Assembly (NCBI GenBank): GCA_964512815.1
Contig: CAZEKE010000068.1
Location: forward strand, 1 to 47,569
DNA length: 47,569 bases
Direction of reading: 5' to 3'
DNA from: an uncultured Acidiferrobacteraceae bacterium
GTDB lineage: Bacteria > Pseudomonadota > Gammaproteobacteria > Arenicellales > UBA868
The number at the start of each line of letters is the position of its first letter. Position 1 is the first letter of the stretch. Both the position numbers and the translations under genes were made by a program. Below the pieces are notes generated by a model. The model was given only the letters and a program-made list of their open reading frames with translations. It ran no database searches and was not told the DNA's origin. Positions 42,401-47,569 of this stretch are shown one piece after another.

Positions 42401-43819
42401 TATCTGTTTCTGTTCCCAAGTAGGAATACCACCAATCTGTGTTCTATCCCCAACAGCCGCATCACCTGTTATACCAACACGCTGATCAGCAGTTTCGCTA
42501 GGAGCAGGTCCAAGGGTCTGTGCTGCACCTGTAGCAGCAACACCTGTCTGTGCTACTCGTGTAGCTACTGGTGCAAATGTAGGCATTGCAGTCACATCTA
42601 CTACTTGTGCTGTAGCATCTGGTCCTGCTGTACCTATAACTGCTTCTCTTGTCGCTCCTTCAGCTACCTCCGTACCCATCTGTGCTGGACCCGCTGTTAC
42701 AGCCGCTGTACCTGTCTGAGCTGTACGCATAGCCGCTTCAAAGGGACTCTCTGTTTCAATAGCACCTGCTTCACCAGTAATTCTCGCTCCTGTGGCTGCT
42801 ACGCCTGTAGCCGCTACACCAGTAACTTCTGGTCCTATTGTACCTGCAACACCTGTGGCTGCTGCACCTGTCTGTGCTCCACGGGTAGCTACCATTGCGT
42901 ATTCAGGTAGGTCTGTTAAAGCAACACCTCTACCTTGTGCAATCTGTCTTAACTTAGTAATCTCGTCTTGAGTTATTTGTCCTGCTTGTCTTGTCGTAAC
43001 TCCAACAGTACCTGTGGGAGCAACTGTCTCTGCTGCAAGCCTTGGCAACGTTGTAATATATGCCTCTTCTGGAGGTCTTGTCATTCCGGGGCCTAATGTA
43101 GCACCTGCTTCAGCCGCTGCATCTCGTGTAGCTGCCTGAGCTTCTGCTGTAAGAGTTCTTATTTCTTCCGCAATCCCTGTCTGTGCAACACCTGTAGCTA
43201 CACCTACTGGAGCTACTGTGCCAGCGGTAGCAATTGCTTGCGTTGCAGCCGCAACTGTTGGTTGAGCAGCCGCTGTAGCTGCCGCACCCGTCACCGCTGA
43301 TAAAGTTCCAGTAGCAACAGCAGCAGGAGTTGGTACTGGTGTACGAGCTGGTATAGTTTGAACATCGCTGCCAGTAGTATCAGTATCTGCCCTTGAGACG
43401 GTCTGTACTGGATAAGTAGTAAAAAGTGGTGCCTCTGGTGTTGGAGGCGCTGGCGGAGTAGTCGTACCCCCTACAGCAGTAGTTGCAGCCGCAGTTGTAG
43501 CCACTGAAGGACCAGTCGTATAAACTGGGTCTGTCAACTCTCCAGTATCAGGATTGTAGTAAGTTCCCCCACCTGTCAAAGGTTCATGTGGAATACCAGG
43601 AGGAGGAAAAGCATTAGGATTAAAAGGGTCTGCATACAAATAATATTCTTCTTCTCCAGGTGCCATCTTCGGAACCCATGCGGGAACTCCCGGTATTCCG
43701 CCAGTTTGGTGTCGCGCACGATTATCAACTCCGAGCAGACTACCCTTATTACGACGTTCTCTTCGCGCCCTTAGAGCTTGACGTACACTTTTAGTATTGC
43801 GATTTTTCTTACTTGCCAA
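39419..43819 (-). CDS. 1466-aa repeat-rich virion protein (ejection or tape-measure-like candidate)
   Basis: Basic N-terminus, ~370-aa Thr/Ala/Gly/Val-rich region, then ~800 aa of Gln/Asn-rich coiled-coil repeats. Confidence 0.55.
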   Translation of the reverse strand: MASKKNRNTKSVRQALRARRERRNKGSLLGVDNRARHQTGGIPGVPAWVPKMAPGEEEYYLYADPFNPNAFPPPGIPHEPLTGGGTYYNPDTGELTDPVYTTGPSVATTAAATTAVGGTTTPPAPPTPEAPLFTTYPVQTVSRADTDTTGSDVQTIPARTPVPTPAAVATGTLSAVTGAAATAAAQPTVAAATQAIATAGTVAPVGVATGVAQTGIAEEIRTLTAEAQAATRDAAAEAGATLGPGMTRPPEEAYITTLPRLAAETVAPTGTVGVTTRQAGQITQDEITKLRQIAQGRGVALTDLPEYAMVATRGAQTGAAATGVAGTIGPEVTGVAATGVAATGARITGEAGAIETESPFEAAMRTAQTGTAAVTAGPAQMGTEVAEGATREAVIGTAGPDATAQVVDVTAMPTFAPVATRVAQTGVAATGAAQTLGPAPSETADQRVGITGDAAVGDRTQIGGIPTWEQKQIDDVIVTDRIASAASMAQVTADIPENIAHDLAEDATAVTAQLDQDPDPTVTLNLAAMPQEALVSVQMQSLVAGMDNGAIPIWARPAVNAVDQMMAARGLSASTVGRDALFDAIIQSALPMAHANADTVKQDAMARLTGDQRAQLSAAESTQQIRMQNLANQQTSESQSAQMAQQVKMHRNEVQQESRIIKAQQQQERYIQEFGGEQARQAQIAQQAQQAAIATFDGATQKDLAELQYKFSLGRETMSTNEQGRLAEYQAEIAKVIRQAELATDMDLADLSSEVQTDLKNLTEQNATDRASMTEENRMRLANLNVLVDFRKTDAAMAQAMDMANLSNEQQMRMAELSDRSVTDAANFTEENRFELQRLETYTRFMSENAQIRQQTEMANFSSEEKINLANLAASNQASTDNLTATQQTELSNLEAKLQVGTLNAQMRQQIITQDMTLRQQMELANLEQMNRADAESMSAEQQGKLAEYNAQVNRKMRQAELNQDMSKANLDAGLRVELAELSERNTMSRANMTNEQQMRLANLQTLVEFKKGDAELAQQMDLANLANAQQMEMAELADRSATDAANFTEANRFRLQELNTTVSVLSQNQELLQQADLANLSMEEKVRLANLTQKNTADSENMTAQNTADLVAFEAKIQAGQLNANLAQQMGLAELSNDQQAAMFNAQIDANMDMSLFTFEQQRVMANSQFMQSMTMTDFNARQQEAMQNATAMASLDMATVDQRTKLAITNANNFLSMDMANLSNEQQAHVLDAQLEQQRMLSDQAAINAGNQFNASSQNQINQFNASLASQIEQFNTAQFNAMEQFNVTEENRMAAIEAGNAIDVQKFNNQLATQISQFNSQQEYQRDQWNAANAQAVEQANVEWRRRANTIDTAAQNAANQQTVQQNFQATMAEMAADAQSLRDDAAFGFQTSQNRLDRISRMFETALGSEFFLKELPDSAYGSGDNTFWDTLKGIFAEEGDPETTGGGIDSRTYDPRTGTWI
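39620..42020 (-). repeat. in-frame long tandem repeats (~200-220 codons) within the 1466-aa gene
   Basis: MDMANLSNEQQMRMAELSDRSVTDAANFTEENRF (codon 801, nt 41419), MDLANLANAQQMEMAELADRSATDAANFTEANRF (codon 1021, nt 40759), MDMANLSNEQQ (codon 1219, nt 40165). Confidence 0.65.
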
Positions 43820-43838
43820 TTTAATGACCCCTTTTTAT

Positions 43839-44072
43839 CTATAAAGCTTTATTATCTGGCATATAAATATCATTTACTCCACCAGGAACCCTTTGGTTCT
43901 GTTTCAAATATATATCTGTATTAGCTACTTTTGGTACTTCCGGTAAATAAATATCATTTACTCCACCTGGAATACTTGCTGGACCTCCATTGGGAGGATT
44001 TAGTTTATCACTATTGTTAGGCTGTACCCCACTCTTTGGATACGGAAAGCCCTCATCATACATTTTTGGCAT
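43839..44072 (-). CDS. 77-aa Pro/Gly-rich protein with internal repeat
   Basis: PGGVNDIYLP and PGGVNDIYMP repeats. Confidence 0.45.
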   Translation of the reverse strand: MPKMYDEGFPYPKSGVQPNNSDKLNPPNGGPASIPGGVNDIYLPEVPKVANTDIYLKQNQRVPGGVNDIYMPDNKAL

Positions 44073-44085
44073 TATATATACCCTC

Positions 44086-44274
44086 CTATTTATCTTCTGG
44101 ACTATATTTTTCTATAAACTTCTGTACTGTTTCTGTTTCGTAAATCCTAATAGCTGTCCATACTAATGTGAGGATAGCTACTATCGGTGGAAGCCAACCA
44201 AACAAGGCAGATGCCGTTGTTGTTACTGCCACTGCATCCACTAAAGGTTTTATTGATTCGGTTTCCACTGACAT
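44086..44274 (-). CDS. small membrane protein
   Basis: 62 aa. Hydrophobic stretch AVAVTTTASALFGWLPPIVAILTLVWTAI. Confidence 0.45.
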   Translation of the reverse strand: MSVETESIKPLVDAVAVTTTASALFGWLPPIVAILTLVWTAIRIYETETVQKFIEKYSPEDK

Positions 44275-44298
44275 ACTTACTACTCCAATATGTTATTA

Positions 44299-44676
44299 TT
44301 ATGCGGCTGCTTCTTCTTCTTCAACTTCCTCAACTACTGCCCAAGGAATACCTGAGCCAGATGTAGGATTAGATTGCTCTTCAATTTGAGCAGCTATCTT
44401 AGCCTCTACAACGTCTTGAAAGCCTGCTTCCTCAGAATCCATTAGCCAACCAAGGGCTACTTCCTCTGTAACGTCTGCGTAGGCTACAAAGTCTTCTAAG
44501 GCTGAAGTATCTAAAGGTTGTGAGCCAGAGACTCTACCAGGAATAATTCTGTCCTCACCGTCAACTTGTATAGTTATTGAGTCTTCACAATTCCAATGAA
44601 TCTTAGTCACTACGTTTGATTCTTCATTAAGCTCGAAAGTTCTTTCAAGTGATTCAATTGTCCATGTTGCCGCCAT
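44299..44676 (-). CDS. acidic hypothetical protein
   Basis: 125 aa ORF. Confidence 0.5.
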   Translation of the reverse strand: MAATWTIESLERTFELNEESNVVTKIHWNCEDSITIQVDGEDRIIPGRVSGSQPLDTSALEDFVAYADVTEEVALGWLMDSEEAGFQDVVEAKIAAQIEEQSNPTSGSGIPWAVVEEVEEEEAAA

Positions 44677-44696
44677 TAGTCTTTTCTCCTGTTAGT

Positions 44697-44957
44697 TTAT
44701 GGTGAATATGCTTCAGCAACAGCAATAGCTTCAGTAATTGGTGTCATGTCTTCATCACCCCAATCATCGAGAGCTACGGCATGAGCCATATATCCTGCGC
44801 TACGCATAATACGTTCTTTCTTTTCGGCAGGTGTAAGGTCACTACCAAACTCATTATCTTCATCTAATACGTTTGTAATCACGCTAACGCTACCAAGGAT
44901 TGCTGCGTACATCTGAGCCTTTTCTTCGGCTGTTCTTTCTACTATTTCATCTGGCAT
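44697..44957 (-). CDS. hypothetical protein
   Basis: 86 aa ORF. Confidence 0.5.
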   Translation of the reverse strand: MPDEIVERTAEEKAQMYAAILGSVSVITNVLDEDNEFGSDLTPAEKKERIMRSAGYMAHAVALDDWGDEDMTPITEAIAVAEAYSP

Positions 44958-44959
44958 CT

Positions 44960-47539
44960 TTATTCTCCTTTTAAGAGTTCTATTTCTGCTTGAAGAGTCT
45001 CTACAGTTGCAGAGAGTTCTTGGACTGCTTTAACTAGGATTGGTACAAACTTGCTGTACTGAAGACCGTACTGCTTGCCGTCACCTGACAAAGATACAGT
45101 AAGATTTGTTTTATCATCAGAGCTATATCCAGCAGCCTCTTCAAGTGCTAAAACTGATTGAGCTTTAAATCCTATATCCAGCCAATCTTCTTTGTGGGTT
45201 CCATCATGCGACACGGCGTCTAAATCAACACTAGGATCATCTTTGTCAATGTACTTAGAACGCTTGTCCCACTTATAAGTGACAGGGGCTAAAGCATTAA
45301 CAAAGTCTAAGCCTATATCAAGAGCCGTAAAGTCAGTCTTATCCCGTTCATCAGAAGCCACAGTCCAGTCTACTTGAATATTAGACTCTACAATGTTTTC
45401 ATCTCCTAGGGTGATACGATTATCATGGGTTGTGAAATTACCGCCGGGACTTCCTGTGCGTCCTGCGTCTGCACCAAGCAGTAAATTATTGTCAGCGGAG
45501 GTCATTGCATATCCTGCATTTTTACCTACACATGTGCTTGATGACCCTGTAGTCTCAATCGCTGCACCTGCTCCAAGTACTGTATTACTATCCCCACAGT
45601 TTCCGCTAAGTGCCTGATAACCCATAGCAACATTACTACCGCCATCATCAGTCCCATCACCTGCAAGCCCCCCCACGAATGTGTTGTATTGGCCTGTGCT
45701 TACGAGATAACCGGCTTGTTCACCTACGGCGGTGTTGTATCCATCATCATTGGACCCTATGTTCATAGTGAAGAGGGAATAAGCGCCTACTGCCACATTC
45801 CGATCAGAAAGGATATTTGTAGTCAGAGCCGCATAACCAACAGCCGTATTTCGATCTGCCTCGGTCACAGCATCTAAAGCAGTGCTCCCAACAGCAGTAT
45901 TATAACCTCCTGTATCAGCAGCGCCTAGTGCATTATAACCAATACCAGTATTACTAATTGCGGAGGTATTGGTACCTAATGCCGCATAACCAACTGCAGT
46001 ATTATAATTTGCAGTTACAGTAGCATCTAAAGCAAAAGCACCCACAGCAGTGTTATAAAGACCAGTAGTAAGCCCATACATTGTATTATACCCAAGTGCC
46101 ACGTTATACATGGCAGTAGCGGTAGCTGGCTCCTGAGTTCGTAACGCCTGATTTCCTACAGCAGTTGAGCCAGAGCCATCCACGTTGGTCATTAAAGCAG
46201 CATATCCTATGCCTATATTTCCATCACCAACATCCGTAGCGGAACCGGCAATATACCCAATAAAAATGTTGTTATCACCAGTAGTTATAGCATCACCTGA
46301 AAGACTGCCTACGAGGGTATTGTATTGGCCTGTGGTTACTGCTGCACCTGCTTGAAAACCAACAGCAGTATTATGACTATCTGTAGCCGTTGTAAAGTTT
46401 TGAGTTGCTAAAGCAGATACACCAACAGCAACAGACTTTGAACCTTTAGTATCGGTAGTTAAAGAACCGCTTCCTACTGCAACATTATTACCACCAACAT
46501 CAAGTATGTCCCCTGCATTACCACCTATAAGCGTATTTTCAGCACCTGTGCTTATATTTCCTCCTGCGTTATAGCCAACCGCAGTATTATAAGTATTGTT
46601 AGCCGTAGTAAAGTTTTGCGCTGCTAGAGCAGAATAACCTAATGCTGTACTTCTGCTTCCATAAGTATCTGAGCTTAAAGCGTTATAGCCATAAGCCACA
46701 TTATAATCAGCATCTATTAGAGCATCACCCGATAAAGAACCAACAAGGGTGTTATTAATGCCTGTAGTTATTGCCTGTCCTACGTTATGACCTACTGCTG
46801 TATTATAATTAGTACCATCATTATTTTGTGTCTGCAATGCAGCATATCCTACAGCAGTACTTCTTGTTCCAGCATCTTCTGATGCGAGTGCGGCATAACC
46901 TATTGCAACATTATCATCACCAGTAGTAAGCGCAGTACCTGCTTCATCACCTACAACAACATTATAATTACCGCCACTTGCAATGGAGTTACCTGCGTTG
47001 ACACCTGCTCTGAAGTTGCTTGTTCCTGCTGTGGTTGTATAAAAAGGTACACCAAAATAAGCTGTGTCTGCACCACCATCAATAAAAAGCGCATGAGTAT
47101 TGCCGCTGGACTCAACTCTGAAATCTATATCCTGTGCATCCTGATTGAACCCTATTTCGCCTGGGTATAAATCCATATAGGTACGGCTGGTACCACCTAG
47201 CATCATGTCAATTTTAAATTGTGCGTCTTCTGTGTCATTAGAAACATCAATAGCTCTAACGAACATATTGGCATAAATAACATCTTCAGAAGTATCATTT
47301 CTCCCTGTAAATTTAACCTTACCAAGATAATCATGGTCAGCAGGACTAGCTGAATTCCTATAAAGATCAATAGTGGGGCCACTAGCAGCACCAGCATCTG
47401 CTGATTCAAATTTCGCTAAGTCCCCTGTGCTATCATTTAAGACATAAAGAGGAATAGCTCCTGTTGAAGACACATGGTCATTTCTTAATTGTAATAAGTT
47501 AAATGCACCCGTTTGGTCTGAATTTGAATAGATACGCAT
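44960..47539 (-). CDS. tail fibre / spike with YadA-head-like repeats and C-terminal S74-type intramolecular chaperone domain (may extend beyond the right edge)
   Basis: Dozens of NTAVGY.AL / GNNVAVG repeats. C-terminal SDERDKTDF...LAPVTYKWD...GFKAQSV...YSKFVPILVKAVQEL, coiled-coil end. The frame stays open for the 10 codons upstream of ATG 47539 to position 47569. Confidence 0.7.
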   Translation of the reverse strand: MRIYSNSDQTGAFNLLQLRNDHVSSTGAIPLYVLNDSTGDLAKFESADAGAASGPTIDLYRNSASPADHDYLGKVKFTGRNDTSEDVIYANMFVRAIDVSNDTEDAQFKIDMMLGGTSRTYMDLYPGEIGFNQDAQDIDFRVESSGNTHALFIDGGADTAYFGVPFYTTTAGTSNFRAGVNAGNSIASGGNYNVVVGDEAGTALTTGDDNVAIGYAALASEDAGTRSTAVGYAALQTQNNDGTNYNTAVGHNVGQAITTGINNTLVGSLSGDALIDADYNVAYGYNALSSDTYGSRSTALGYSALAAQNFTTANNTYNTAVGYNAGGNISTGAENTLIGGNAGDILDVGGNNVAVGSGSLTTDTKGSKSVAVGVSALATQNFTTATDSHNTAVGFQAGAAVTTGQYNTLVGSLSGDAITTGDNNIFIGYIAGSATDVGDGNIGIGYAALMTNVDGSGSTAVGNQALRTQEPATATAMYNVALGYNTMYGLTTGLYNTAVGAFALDATVTANYNTAVGYAALGTNTSAISNTGIGYNALGAADTGGYNTAVGSTALDAVTEADRNTAVGYAALTTNILSDRNVAVGAYSLFTMNIGSNDDGYNTAVGEQAGYLVSTGQYNTFVGGLAGDGTDDGGSNVAMGYQALSGNCGDSNTVLGAGAAIETTGSSSTCVGKNAGYAMTSADNNLLLGADAGRTGSPGGNFTTHDNRITLGDENIVESNIQVDWTVASDERDKTDFTALDIGLDFVNALAPVTYKWDKRSKYIDKDDPSVDLDAVSHDGTHKEDWLDIGFKAQSVLALEEAAGYSSDDKTNLTVSLSGDGKQYGLQYSKFVPILVKAVQELSATVETLQAEIELLKGE

Positions 47540-47569
47540 AGCAGAACCAGTTGTCAGAGTATCGGCCTG

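Noticed and set aside
42317-42910. 197-aa Cys/Ser-rich plus-strand ORF
   Set aside because: It is antisense to the Thr/Ala/Gly-rich repeat region of the 1466-aa gene. Its low-complexity sequence is a by-product of the repeated GCN/ACN/GGN codons on the other strand. It has no SD.
1-47569. CRISPR arrays, integrase/attachment sites, transposases, toxin-antitoxin pairs and reverse transcriptases
   Set aside because: No regularly spaced direct repeats and no recombinase catalytic domain, RT or transposase motifs were seen in any listed ORF. The element looks like a lytic-type phage genome segment rather than an island or prophage edge.

Overview
The window looks like most of a roughly 50-kb tailed dsDNA phage genome. 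No rRNA, tRNA, CRISPR array, integrase or phage RNA polymerase is visible. Two divergent gene arms leave one 89-bp control region (7389-7477), which holds two letter-perfect sigma70 promoters. The leftward arm (7380 to 1, running off the window) encodes terS, terL, portal, scaffold and a truncated major capsid gene. The rightward arm (7484 to 27756) starts with about 2.2 kb of almost ORF-free, hairpin-dense sequence surrounding one orphan ORF. It continues with tiny early proteins, a C5 DNA methyltransferase and a T7-like replication module: gp2.5-like SSB, primase-helicase, family A DNA polymerase, three nucleases including endonuclease I, and class I RNR alpha and beta subunits split by a glycosyltransferase-methyltransferase fusion and a 2OG-Fe(II) oxygenase. 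From 47569 down to 27757 a second minus-strand block encodes a repeat-rich tail fibre, very large virion proteins (1466, 944 and 1636 aa), an S1-type protease and a holin-like protein. It ends base-to-base against the plus arm. The best leads are these: (1) the structured non-coding early region with GTTGC iterons and an intrinsic terminator; (2) a 186-codon +1-frame ORF inside the methyltransferase gene whose translation itself looks like a methyltransferase target-recognition/motif IX module; (3) primase-helicase and endonuclease I, whose conserved N-termini can only be translated from AUU codons overlapping the upstream stop codons; (4) a leaderless terS. All family assignments come from motifs read by eye. 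No database search was possible.
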